This document shows, in pieces, positions 42,834 through 51,804 of a stretch of DNA of 64,000 bases (position 1 is the first letter of the stretch; the number at the start of each line of letters is the position of its first letter). Made by a program: the position numbers and the translations under genes. The stretch covers positions 4,987 through 68,986 of the forward strand of contig DASXBY010000042.1 of NCBI GenBank assembly GCA_036491455.1, given 5' to 3'. The notes below the pieces were generated by a model that ran no database searches, had not been told where the DNA came from, and was given only the letters and a program-made list of their open reading frames with translations. The DNA is from Caulobacteraceae bacterium. Its GTDB lineage: Bacteria > Pseudomonadota > Alphaproteobacteria > Caulobacterales > Caulobacteraceae.

Positions 42834-44309
42834 ATGAGTGCAGGCGAGGGATCTATCGAGGGCCGAACGGGTCCCTGGGAACTGGTGCTCGGGCTCGAAG
42901 TTCACGCCCAAGTCGCCTCAAAGTCCAAGTTGTTTTCCGGCGCCGCGGTTGGCTTCGGCGCGCCCCCAAACGAAAACGTCAGCCTTGTTGATGCGGCGAT
43001 GCCCGGCATGTTGCCGGTGATCAATCGCCATTGTGTTGAGCAAGCGGTCCGTTCGGGACTGGGCCTGAACGCCAAGGTCAATCTGTGGTCGCGCTTCGAT
43101 CGCAAGAACTATTTCTATCCCGACCTGCCGCAGGGCTACCAGATCAGCCAGTACAAGGACCCGATCGTCGGCGAGGGCGAGATCACTGTCGAGCGCGACG
43201 ACGGATCGACTTTCATGGTCCGGATCGAGCGCCTGCACCTCGAGCAAGACGCCGCGAAGTCCATTCACGATCTCGATCCCGACTTCACCTTGGTCGATCT
43301 CAACCGGTCGGGCACGGCGCTGATGGAGATCGTCTCCCATCCGGATATGCGCTCGGCCGAGGACGCAGCGGCCTATGTCAAGAAACTGCGGTCGATCCTG
43401 CGCGCGCTCGGAACCTGCGACGGCGACATGGAAAAGGGCAATCTCAGGGCCGACGTCAATGTCTCAGTCCGGCGGCCTGGCGAGCCGCTCGGCACCCGCT
43501 GCGAGATCAAGAACGTCAATTCCTATCGTTTCATCCAGCTCTCCATTGGCCATGAGGCGCGGCGGCAGATCGAGATCCTCGAGGACGGCGGATCGATCCT
43601 GCAGGAGACGCGGCTGTTTGATCCGGTCCGCGGCGAGACACGGTCGATGCGAAGCAAGGAGGAGGCGCACGACTACCGCTATTTCCCGGACCCGGACCTG
43701 TTGCCCCTCGAGCTCGACCCCGCCTGGGTCGAGGAGCTTCGCGCATCGCTGCCGGAACTGCCCGAGGCCAGACAGGCCCGGATCGAGCACGAATACGGCC
43801 TCAGCCACTATGACGCCGGGGTGCTGGCATCCGAGGCCGCTCGCGCCGACTATTTCGAAAAAGCCGCCGCCGGCCGTGACGCAAAGCTGGTTGCTAACAC
43901 GGTGACCAACGCGGTGCTTTCCCACCTTGCTCGGGACGGTCTGGAAATCGAGGCATGCCCGGTGCCGGCCGAAGATGTCGCCAGTCTCGTCCGCCTGCAG
44001 GAAGAGGGGGTGATCTCCTCCAAGATCGCCAAGGAAGTGTTCGAGCATATGTGGGCTGGGGAAGGGACGCCGGAAGTCATCGTCGACGCCCGTGGCCTCA
44101 AACAAGTCAGCGACACCGGTGCTCTCGAGAGCTTGATCGATCAACTGGTCGCGGCCAACCCGGGCCAGGCAGCGGCGGTAAAGGCCAAACCTCAGGCGAT
44201 CGGCTGGTTTGTCGGTCAAATCATGCGTCAGACCCAGGGCAAGGCCAATCCAGCCACCGTCAACGCGCTTCTGCGCGCCAAGCTCGGGGTGGAACTCGAA
44301 TCGTCATGA
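42834..44309 (+). CDS. gatB: Asp/Glu-tRNA amidotransferase subunit B
   Basis: [39 protein letters not shown]. Confidence 0.98.
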   Translation: MSAGEGSIEGRTGPWELVLGLEVHAQVASKSKLFSGAAVGFGAPPNENVSLVDAAMPGMLPVINRHCVEQAVRSGLGLNAKVNLWSRFDRKNYFYPDLPQGYQISQYKDPIVGEGEITVERDDGSTFMVRIERLHLEQDAAKSIHDLDPDFTLVDLNRSGTALMEIVSHPDMRSAEDAAAYVKKLRSILRALGTCDGDMEKGNLRADVNVSVRRPGEPLGTRCEIKNVNSYRFIQLSIGHEARRQIEILEDGGSILQETRLFDPVRGETRSMRSKEEAHDYRYFPDPDLLPLELDPAWVEELRASLPELPEARQARIEHEYGLSHYDAGVLASEAARADYFEKAAAGRDAKLVANTVTNAVLSHLARDGLEIEACPVPAEDVASLVRLQEEGVISSKIAKEVFEHMWAGEGTPEVIVDARGLKQVSDTGALESLIDQLVAANPGQAAAVKAKPQAIGWFVGQIMRQTQGKANPATVNALLRAKLGVELESS

Positions 44310-45022
44310 GCGCTCCTATCGAAGTCTACTTCTGGCCCACGCCCAATGGTCACAAGGTCACCATCGCGCTCGAGGAGATGGGCCTACCCTATGAGATCAA
44401 ACCGGTGAATATCGGGCGCGGCGACCAGTTCACGCCCGGGTTTCTTGCGATCTCGCCCAACAACCGCATGCCGGCGATCATCGATCCGGAAGGTCCGGGG
44501 GGACCGCCGATCTCGATCTTCGAATCCGGTGCGATCCTGCAATATCTCGGCCGCAAGACGGGCCAGTTCTATCCGAGCGACGAACGCGCCCGGGTGGTCG
44601 TCGACGAGTGGGTTTTCTGGCAGATGGGAAACCTTGGCCCCATGGCCGGGCAGCGCAACCACTTCCGCAATTACGCGCCGACGTTCCTGCGTGACCAGAG
44701 GCAGACGGCCTATGGCGCGCGTCGCTATACCGACGAGGTCGAGCGGCTGTACGGGGTGCTGAACAAGCGTCTCGAGGGGCGGGAGTACATTACCGGCGAA
44801 TACACCATCGCCGACATGATCAGCTGGCCATGGATCGCGGGCCAGTCCAGCGAGGCGCTCGACATCGAAGCCTTCCCACATCTCCTCTCCTGGAAACAGC
44901 GCATCGGCAAACGCGAAGCTGTGCAGCGGGCCCTGGCCATCCAAGGCGCGATCGCGCTCGTCCGCTCCGACAGGGAGGCGGAGGCTGCCCGCAGGGTCCT
45001 GTTTGGCCAGAGGGCGCGCTGA
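44306..45022 (+). CDS. Glutathione S-transferase (YfcG/YghU, Nu-class-like)
   Basis: [34 protein letters not shown]. Confidence 0.92.
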   Translation: MSAPIEVYFWPTPNGHKVTIALEEMGLPYEIKPVNIGRGDQFTPGFLAISPNNRMPAIIDPEGPGGPPISIFESGAILQYLGRKTGQFYPSDERARVVVDEWVFWQMGNLGPMAGQRNHFRNYAPTFLRDQRQTAYGARRYTDEVERLYGVLNKRLEGREYITGEYTIADMISWPWIAGQSSEALDIEAFPHLLSWKQRIGKREAVQRALAIQGAIALVRSDREAEAARRVLFGQRAR

Positions 45023-45073
45023 GGTCTTGCATGATTGCCAGCCCAGGGACGAAAGGCTATGGCCCGCCGCCTA

Positions 45074-45166
45074 GGTGACGTGGCCGAGCGGCTGAAGGCG
45101 GCGGTTTGCTAAACCGTTGTACGGTGTAAAGCCGTACCGAGGGTTCGAATCCCTCCGTCACCGCCA
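45074..45166 (+). tRNA. tRNA-Ser (GCT)
   Basis: Acceptor stem GGTGACG/CGTCACC, D-arm TGGCCGAGCGG, anticodon loop TT-GCT-AA, long variable arm, GGTTCGAATCC T-arm, encoded CCA. Confidence 0.97.
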
Positions 45167-45209
45167 AGACTCCCCAGCAATGTGGAGGCGGACAACACCG
45201 GGGCAGCCA

Positions 45210-46172
45210 ATGAAAGCGGCGGTTTACTACGAGAACGGCGATCCGCGCGTGCTGCGCTATGAGACGGTCCCGGATCCTGGTTGCGGTCCCTCTGAAGTCG
45301 TCATCCGCGTCGAGGCGGTCAGCATCGAAGGCGGAGACACCCTCAACCGTTGGCGAGGCGCGCTCACATCCAAGCCGCACATAGTCGGCTACCAGGCCGC
45401 CGGCGAGATCATAGAGGTCGGTGAAAAGATCCAGCATCTGCGGGTCGGTCAGAAAGTGGCGACCGTGGGCGCCAATGGCTCCCATGCTGAGAAGAGAGCG
45501 GTCGCGGCGCGCAACGCCTGGCCGATCCCCGATGGCTTCGATCCCGCGCTCGCTTCAGTGATTCCCGTGACGTTCGGCACGGCCAACGAGGCCCTGTTCG
45601 CGTTCGCAAAACTGAAGGCCGGCGAAACCGTTCTTGTGCAAGCCGGGGCCAGCGGCGTTGGCGTCGCGGCCATCCAACTCGCCAAACGGGCCGGCGCACG
45701 AGTCTTCGCCACCGCTTCAAGCGATGAACGCCTCCAAAAGTTGACGCCCCTCGGTATGGAAAGCGGCGTCAACTATCGCCAGGAGGACGTTGTGAACGCC
45801 ATCATGAGGCTCACCGACAACAAAGGCGTCGATGTGGTCATCGATCCGGTGGGCGGCGCCACTCTCCAGGGAAGCCTTCTCTCGCTGGGTTATCGCGGGC
45901 GTGTTGTGATGGTCGGCGCCGCTGGGCGCGAGGCCATGCAAGTCGACGTTTCATCGATGATGGGAGGCAATCGCTCGCTGAGCGGCGTGTTTCTCGGGGC
46001 CGAAATCGGGACCGACCGCGTGCATGACAACATCCAGCAACTGATCGACGATGCCGCGCGCGGCGAACTAAAGGTTGTGGTCGACCAGACCTTCGCGCTC
46101 GCAAAAGCGGCCGACGCCCACGCCTATATCGAAAGTCGGCAGGCTGTCGGCCGGGTGCTGCTTGTCCCCTAG
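45210..46172 (+). CDS. NADPH:quinone oxidoreductase (MDR/zeta-crystallin family)
   Basis: MKAAVY, VLVQAGASGVGVAAIQLAK, GVDVVIDPVGG, AHAYIESRQAVGRVLL. Confidence 0.9.
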   Translation: MKAAVYYENGDPRVLRYETVPDPGCGPSEVVIRVEAVSIEGGDTLNRWRGALTSKPHIVGYQAAGEIIEVGEKIQHLRVGQKVATVGANGSHAEKRAVAARNAWPIPDGFDPALASVIPVTFGTANEALFAFAKLKAGETVLVQAGASGVGVAAIQLAKRAGARVFATASSDERLQKLTPLGMESGVNYRQEDVVNAIMRLTDNKGVDVVIDPVGGATLQGSLLSLGYRGRVVMVGAAGREAMQVDVSSMMGGNRSLSGVFLGAEIGTDRVHDNIQQLIDDAARGELKVVVDQTFALAKAADAHAYIESRQAVGRVLLVP

Positions 46173-46221
46173 GAAACTCTCGGCCGCCGGCGATCCTGGG
46201 TCGTTTCGATCGCAAAACTTC

Positions 46222-46246
46222 GGAACAGCGGGACTGGCGAGCCGTT
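46222..46246 (+). promoter_or_regulatory. EcfG/sigmaT (general stress response) promoter upstream of egtBD
   Basis: GGAAC-N16-CGTT, an exact consensus match ending 48 nt before the ATG. Confidence 0.7.
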
Positions 46247-46294
46247 TTGCGGTTCACTATCTCTCGATCGTCCGCCTGAGAAGAGGGCCTGGTC

Positions 46295-48457
46295 ATGTCC
46301 GACGATGCGCCGGCCGTCCAGACCGCGAAACCCTTACGGGCTGGCGGCGATGTTTCCCTGATCGACCAGTATCTCGCGGTGCGGCGCGCCAGCGTGGGTT
46401 TGGCGCGGCCGCTCTCGGCTGAGGACCAGCAGACGCAGTCGATGCCCGACACCAGCCCAGTGAAATGGCACCTGGCCCATACCACCTGGTTCTTTGAGAC
46501 CTTCGTGCTCGCACCTTATCTGCCCGGTTATCATCTATTTGACGCCAGCTTCGGGTACCTCTTCAATTCCTATTACGAGGCGATGGGAGAGCGTCATCCC
46601 AGACCCGCTCGCGGGCTGCTTACGCGTCCCTCGATTGAAGACATTCTTCGCTATCGGGCCCACGTCGATTCGGCGATGGGGCGTGCGCTCGACCTCAAGC
46701 TGGGCCGAGCGGCCTTGGAACTGCTTGTCCTCGGCCTCGCCCACGAAGAGCAGCACCAGGAGTTGATCCTGATGGACGTGCTCCACCTCTTCTCGCAGTC
46801 GCCCCTGAAACCCGCCTATGCCTTGAACGGCCCGGAGCCCTCGGCATGTGTCGATAGTCTTGAGTGGGTCGCTTTTGGGGGAGGGACCGCCGAAATCGGC
46901 GCTGGACACGAGAATTTCGCCTTCGACAACGAGACACCTCGTCACCGAGAATTCCTGGCGCCCTACCGCCTCGCTACGCGCCTGGTCACCAACGCCGAAT
47001 GGCTGAAATTCATGGCCGACGGGGGCTATCGGCGGCCGGAGTTCTGGCTGTCGGACGGTTGGGCCCTGGTCAGCGCGGAAGGTTGGAACGCGCCCCTCTA
47101 TTGGGAGGATTGCGGCGACACATGGCGGACGCTCACCCTTTCGGGGGCCAGGGACATCGATCCCGAAGCGCCGGTCTGCCACGTCAGCTTCTACGAGGCC
47201 GCCGCCTTTGCGGCGTGGTCCGGCAAGCGCCTGCCCACGGAGGCGGAATGGGAACACGCCGTGTGTTCGCGTGGCGAGGCGCTTTCACAGGCGATCGGAG
47301 AGGCCTGGCAATGGACTGCCAGTGCCTATCGCCCCTATCCCGGCTTTGCTCCAGCCACCGGCGCGGTCGGCGAATACAACGCCAAGTTCATGGTCGGACA
47401 GATGGTCCTTCGGGGTGGCGCCTGTGTGACGCCAAAAGGCCATTCCCGCCCGACATACCGAAACTTCTTCTATCCGCACCAACGCTGGATGTTTTCTGGC
47501 GTGAGACTGGCTGAGGACGCGCCGGCGCCCTCACTCGAGGAGGAGTTCCGCGCCGACGTCACCGAAGGGCTGTCCGCTGCCCGGAAGCGCCTTTCGGCCA
47601 AATGGTTCTACGACGCCCGCGGATCGGCCTTGTTTGAGGAGATTTGCCGCCTACCGGAATATTACCTCACCCGTCAGGAGAGCACTCTTCTCAGCAGGGT
47701 GGCGCCCGAGCTTCGGCGCTGGATTCGGGAAGGCACGACGCTTGTAGAACTGGGAAGCGGGGCCAGCCTCAAGACGCGTGAGATCCTTGATACCGTTCCC
47801 GAGATATCAGCCTATACGCCGGTCGACGTCAGTGAGAGCGCACTGACCGCCGCCGCGGCTGCGATCGCCCGCGACTATCCTCACCTCCAGGTGACGCCGG
47901 TGACCGCCGATTTCACGCAAGATCTCGATCTAGCCGCCACGGTGGGGGAGGGACCTGCCGCCATTTTCTTTCCCGGTTCGACCATCGGCAATTTCGCCCC
48001 GGACGAGGCGGTGATCCTGATGTCGCGCATGCGAAGTTTGCTGGGGAAGGATGGCGTGTTCATCGTCGGGGTCGACATGGCCAAGGACGCAGACACGCTC
48101 AATGCCGCCTACAATGACGCCTCCGGGATCACCGCGGCGTTCAATCTCAACATCCTGGCCCGCATCAACGACGACTTGGGGGGCGATATTCCGTTGGACG
48201 CTTTCGCTCACGAGGCGCTGTGGAATCCGCAGGAGGGGCGGGTTGAAATGTGGCTGAGGGCGAAAAGATCAGTTGGCGCGCACGTGGCCGGCGAAACATT
48301 CACCATTGTCGAAGGCGAAAGAATCCACACTGAAAATTCCTACAAGCATACCGACGCGAGATTTCAGGACCTCGCAAGGCGCGCAGGTCTCTGCGTCCTG
48401 GCGCAGTGGGCGAGCCCCGCGCCCACATTCTCGATCTACCTGCTCTCGCCGGCCTAG
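46295..48457 (+). CDS. egtB: Bifunctional ergothioneine biosynthesis protein: EgtB sulfoxide synthase fused to EgtD histidine N-alpha-trimethyltransferase
   Basis: N-terminal DinB_2 plus FGE-sulfatase domains (WHLAHTTWFFE, FNSYY, HEEQHQE, RLPTEAEWE, YRNFF); C-terminal methyltransf_33 domain (KWFYD, PEYY, ELGSG, PGSTIGN, AYND, IHTENSYK). Confidence 0.93.
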   Translation: MSDDAPAVQTAKPLRAGGDVSLIDQYLAVRRASVGLARPLSAEDQQTQSMPDTSPVKWHLAHTTWFFETFVLAPYLPGYHLFDASFGYLFNSYYEAMGERHPRPARGLLTRPSIEDILRYRAHVDSAMGRALDLKLGRAALELLVLGLAHEEQHQELILMDVLHLFSQSPLKPAYALNGPEPSACVDSLEWVAFGGGTAEIGAGHENFAFDNETPRHREFLAPYRLATRLVTNAEWLKFMADGGYRRPEFWLSDGWALVSAEGWNAPLYWEDCGDTWRTLTLSGARDIDPEAPVCHVSFYEAAAFAAWSGKRLPTEAEWEHAVCSRGEALSQAIGEAWQWTASAYRPYPGFAPATGAVGEYNAKFMVGQMVLRGGACVTPKGHSRPTYRNFFYPHQRWMFSGVRLAEDAPAPSLEEEFRADVTEGLSAARKRLSAKWFYDARGSALFEEICRLPEYYLTRQESTLLSRVAPELRRWIREGTTLVELGSGASLKTREILDTVPEISAYTPVDVSESALTAAAAAIARDYPHLQVTPVTADFTQDLDLAATVGEGPAAIFFPGSTIGNFAPDEAVILMSRMRSLLGKDGVFIVGVDMAKDADTLNAAYNDASGITAAFNLNILARINDDLGGDIPLDAFAHEALWNPQEGRVEMWLRAKRSVGAHVAGETFTIVEGERIHTENSYKHTDARFQDLARRAGLCVLAQWASPAPTFSIYLLSPA

Positions 48458-48660
48458 CTGGCCGAAGGCCTGCGCCCGCCGCCCCGCGATGCCGCGCCGC
48501 CTTTGCGTCCGGCGTTGGCTGCGAGATCGCGGTTCTGTGCGAAGCTGCGCTTTTCGCCAGGAACACTGGCGCCGCCCCGCCGGGCGATTTCCCGCCGGCG
48601 TTCAGGGTCCATCGCCGCGAATCCGCGACGGGCGGGTTTGCGTTTGTTCGAGTCGTCCAT
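48454..48660 (-). CDS. KGG-repeat general stress protein (YciG/GsiB-like)
   Basis: RGFAAMDPERRREIARRGG...RSFAQNRDLAANAGRKGG; AGGAG RBS. Confidence 0.9.
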   Translation of the reverse strand: MDDSNKRKPARRGFAAMDPERRREIARRGGASVPGEKRSFAQNRDLAANAGRKGGAASRGGGRRPSAS

Positions 48661-48712
48661 TCCACTCAACTCCTAGCGTTTCCGCGTCAGACGCCCCCTC
48701 CGACTTTGCTTT

Positions 48713-48737
48713 AACCACCTAGGCCGCGTTCGGTTGC
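48713..48737 (-). promoter_or_regulatory. Degenerate EcfG/sigmaT promoter for the KGG gene
   Basis: Minus strand GCAAC-N16-GGTT. Confidence 0.4.
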
Positions 48738-48768
48738 GCGGCGTGCTGGCGCAATGAGCGCGTCGGTC

Positions 48769-50127
48769 TTAGTCCGACGCCCGCTGCGCCGACACTGACA
48801 GAGGCAGACGCACCTGGGCGCGAAGCCCGCCCTCTCGCCTGGATTTCAGTGACACATCGCCGCCGTGGCCGCGGGCGATGGCTCGCACAACGGCCAAGCC
48901 AAGGCCAATGCCGCCAGTGTCACGATTTCGCGAGGCCTCCAGCCGATGAAAGGGCTCGAAGGCCCTTTCGATCTGGTCGTCGGCGATTCCGGGTCCATTG
49001 TCTTCGATCTCGACGACGGCCATGCCGTTTTCGGTGAACACCCGACCACGCGCGGCCGAGCCGAACTTGAGCGCATTGTCGACAAGGTTTGTGATCAGCC
49101 GTCTTAGCGCCACCGGATCACCGTCGACCACCACCCGCCCCGAAGCCTCGGCGGCGGAATCAGCGCCCGTTTCGGCCGCTTCGTCCATGATCGTCTCGAC
49201 CAGCGAGGTGATCTCGAGTTTCACCCGTTCGCGCGGTCTGGAGGCGTCGCGGACAAAGGCCAGCGTAGCCGAAACCATCGCTTCCATCTGGTCGATGTCA
49301 CCGGCCAGCTTTGTCCGGACATCCTCAGGCGCCGCCTCGATGCGGAAGCGCAGTCGGGTCAGCGGGGTGCGTAGATCGTGGGCGATGGCCGCGATCATTT
49401 CGGTTCGGTCCTCGACATAATGCCGGAGCCTCTCCTGCATCTCGTTGAAGGCGTTCACCGCGGCGGTGACCTCAGCCGATCCGCGCACGTCCAATCGAGG
49501 CGCGGTCGGATCACGGCCCAGGCGTTCGGCGCCCGCCGCCAGAGCCGCGATCGGCGCGGCCAGCCGTCTGGCGAACCACCAGGCGAGCGGCGAAACCGCC
49601 ACGGCGGCGATCGCCAGCACCAACAGCAGCCGTTGTTGCCATGGGTCAATGCCGAAGGCGCTCATCGGAGCGACAGTCAGCCACCGGCCGTCGGCTTGCC
49701 GTATGCCTATCTTGAAGCCGCCGAGCAGGATCGGCGCTTCTTCCAAAGAGGACTGCTTCCGCCCAGGTCCAGGTGAGGCGGCCAAGGCGACGATACGGGG
49801 TCCGGGCTGGGTGATGACAACGTCCGTAGGCCTGAGGCCCACGGACGCAGCGAGGGCGGCCCGGAACTGGAGCCTTCGATGGCCCTGGGTCACCAGAGCG
49901 GGTGGGGCTGCCGCCACCTCCGTATTGAGGTCGCGACCATCGCGTGTCTGGGTGCGGCCGATGTGATGGAGCGCCTGAACAACATCATCGACGGTGTATA
50001 GGTCAGGCGGCGGCGGCGGCAGGCTGAGCACCACCACCACGGTTGCGATCTCCGCCGCAATCAGCGCCGCCACGACCAGGCCGAGCGCCTGCAGGAACAG
50101 CGGCGCCGTCGGCAGACGCCGCCTCAC
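48769..50127 (-). CDS. Sensor histidine kinase (EnvZ-like, HAMP-HisKA-HATPase)
   Basis: Two TM helices, HAMP, AHDLRTPL, NLVDNALKF, DNGPGI, GIGLGL. Confidence 0.93.
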   Translation of the reverse strand: MRRRLPTAPLFLQALGLVVAALIAAEIATVVVVLSLPPPPPDLYTVDDVVQALHHIGRTQTRDGRDLNTEVAAAPPALVTQGHRRLQFRAALAASVGLRPTDVVITQPGPRIVALAASPGPGRKQSSLEEAPILLGGFKIGIRQADGRWLTVAPMSAFGIDPWQQRLLLVLAIAAVAVSPLAWWFARRLAAPIAALAAGAERLGRDPTAPRLDVRGSAEVTAAVNAFNEMQERLRHYVEDRTEMIAAIAHDLRTPLTRLRFRIEAAPEDVRTKLAGDIDQMEAMVSATLAFVRDASRPRERVKLEITSLVETIMDEAAETGADSAAEASGRVVVDGDPVALRRLITNLVDNALKFGSAARGRVFTENGMAVVEIEDNGPGIADDQIERAFEPFHRLEASRNRDTGGIGLGLAVVRAIARGHGGDVSLKSRREGGLRAQVRLPLSVSAQRASD

Positions 50128-50873
50128 GGCGTACGTGACACCTTGGGCATGAAGAGATAGCCCTCATTGCGCACGGTCCGGATCAGTTCCTGGCCGTCGC
50201 CTCCGCCGTCAAGCTTTCGCCTCAGGCGACTGATCTGGACATCGATGGCGCGATCGAAAGCTTCCGACCGGGGGCCTCGAGCATATTCGAGGAGCTGATC
50301 GCGCGTCAGCACGCGCTGGGGGCGCTCGACAAAGGCGCGCAGCAGAGAGAATTCGCCGCTGGAAAGGTTGACGACGACACTCTGAGGAGAACGCAGCTCA
50401 TGTCGCACGAGGTCGAGGCGCCAGCCGGCGAATTCGCAGGCCGCTTCCAGGGGTTCCTCGCCGCCGCGAGGCTCGGTCTTGCGCCTCAAGACGGCGCGCA
50501 CGCGCGCCAGCAACTCGCGTGGATTGCACGGCTTGGCCAGATAGTCATCGGCTCCGAGTTCGAGGCCGACGATCCTGTCGGTCTCCTCGCCTACAGCGCT
50601 CAGCATTATGATCGCCGGACCGTCCGGCTTGGCCAGACGTTTACAGATTGACAGGCCATCCTCGCCTGGGAGCATGACGTCGAGCACGACAAGGTCAGGC
50701 CGGCGGCGCGCCAGCGCACGTTCGACGCCCTTTCCGTCGGCCGCGGTGTCCACGCAATAGCCGTGCCGCCCCAGAAACTCGGCCACCACGTCACGAATCC
50801 CCGGGTCGTCGTCGACGACGAGGATGGATTCCTGTCCCGGTTCGTGGGGTTCGGCCACAATGGAGTCCGTCAT
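50124..50873 (-). CDS. OmpR-family DNA-binding response regulator
   Basis: LVVDDD, LDVMLPGEDG, GADDYLAKP, DRAIDVQISRLRRK, TVRNEGY; ATG at 50873. Confidence 0.94.
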   Translation of the reverse strand: MTDSIVAEPHEPGQESILVVDDDPGIRDVVAEFLGRHGYCVDTAADGKGVERALARRRPDLVVLDVMLPGEDGLSICKRLAKPDGPAIIMLSAVGEETDRIVGLELGADDYLAKPCNPRELLARVRAVLRRKTEPRGGEEPLEAACEFAGWRLDLVRHELRSPQSVVVNLSSGEFSLLRAFVERPQRVLTRDQLLEYARGPRSEAFDRAIDVQISRLRRKLDGGGDGQELIRTVRNEGYLFMPKVSRTP

Positions 50874-50974
50874 AAGGCGATCTGATGCGCGCGCGCCTTG
50901 GCGCGACAATGTCGCGGCTGAAACAACACCGTAACGCGTCGGTGGCGATCTTGACCAGACTCGAGCCGACGCAT

Positions 50975-51649
50975 TCAACCCCGCGCCAGCGCCAGGTCCG
51001 AAACGAAAGGATTCGTCCGCCGCTCGGCCCCGAATGTTGACATGGCGTTGTGTCCAGGCACGAAGGTCACATCGTCGCCGAGCGGCCACAGTTTGCCTGT
51101 TATCGAATCGATGAGCTGCTGGTAGTTCCCACGCGGGAAGTCCGTCCGGCCGATCGATCCCTGGAAGAGCACATCGCCGACCTGGGCGAACCTGGCCGCC
51201 CGATGATGAAAAATCACGTGGCCGGGGGTGTGCCCGGGGCAGTGGTAGACCTCGAATTCCGTGTCGCCGAGGGTGACAACATCGCCGTCGCCCAGCCAAC
51301 GGTCTGGGGTGAACGGCTCCGCGTCGGGCATGCCCCAGCGGGCTGCGCTGACCCCGATGTCGTCGATCCAGAACTGATCATCGGGATGGGGCCCCTCGAT
51401 CGGCGCTCCCGTTGCCGCCTTGAGCGCCGCTGTCCCGCCAGCGTGGTCGAGGTGGCCATGGGTCACCCAGATCTTCTCGAGCTCGAGGCGCTGTTGGGCC
51501 AGGATCTCCAGGAGTCTGGGAACCTCGCCACCCGGATCGATCACGGCCGCCTTTCGTGACATCTCACACCAGACGATCGTGCAGTTCTGCCGAAGCGGCG
51601 TGACGGGGGCGACAAGCGCTCGGATCGGGGGCGCGGGGCGGGCGTCCAA
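50975..51649 (-). CDS. MBL-fold metallo-hydrolase (glyoxalase II/GloC-like)
   Basis: THGHLDH, PGHTPGH, GDVLFQGSIGRTD, PGH. Confidence 0.92.
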   Translation of the reverse strand: MDARPAPPIRALVAPVTPLRQNCTIVWCEMSRKAAVIDPGGEVPRLLEILAQQRLELEKIWVTHGHLDHAGGTAALKAATGAPIEGPHPDDQFWIDDIGVSAARWGMPDAEPFTPDRWLGDGDVVTLGDTEFEVYHCPGHTPGHVIFHHRAARFAQVGDVLFQGSIGRTDFPRGNYQQLIDSITGKLWPLGDDVTFVPGHNAMSTFGAERRTNPFVSDLALARG

Positions 51650-51804
51650 GACTTGCTCCTTGTCTCCTGGGTGGCGTCCAACAGGATAGGGTCTCCAAGC
51701 CGCCCCGCAAGGCCGCGCTGGCGCTCATTGCCGGAAAGCGGTCAAGCGGTTAGCGTCGAAGGACTCGGCGGCGACCGGGGCTAAGGGGCGGGGAAGGGCA
51801 GCCA

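Noticed and set aside
46295-47520. EgtB homologue interpreted as selenoneine (SenA) or ovothiol (OvoA) synthase
   Set aside because: There is no senB or selD nearby, and the fused methyltransferase is EgtD-type rather than OvoA-type.
45074-48770. Genomic island integrated at tRNA-Ser
   Set aside because: There is no integrase, I saw no duplicated tRNA 3' end (att site), and there is no obvious compositional shift.
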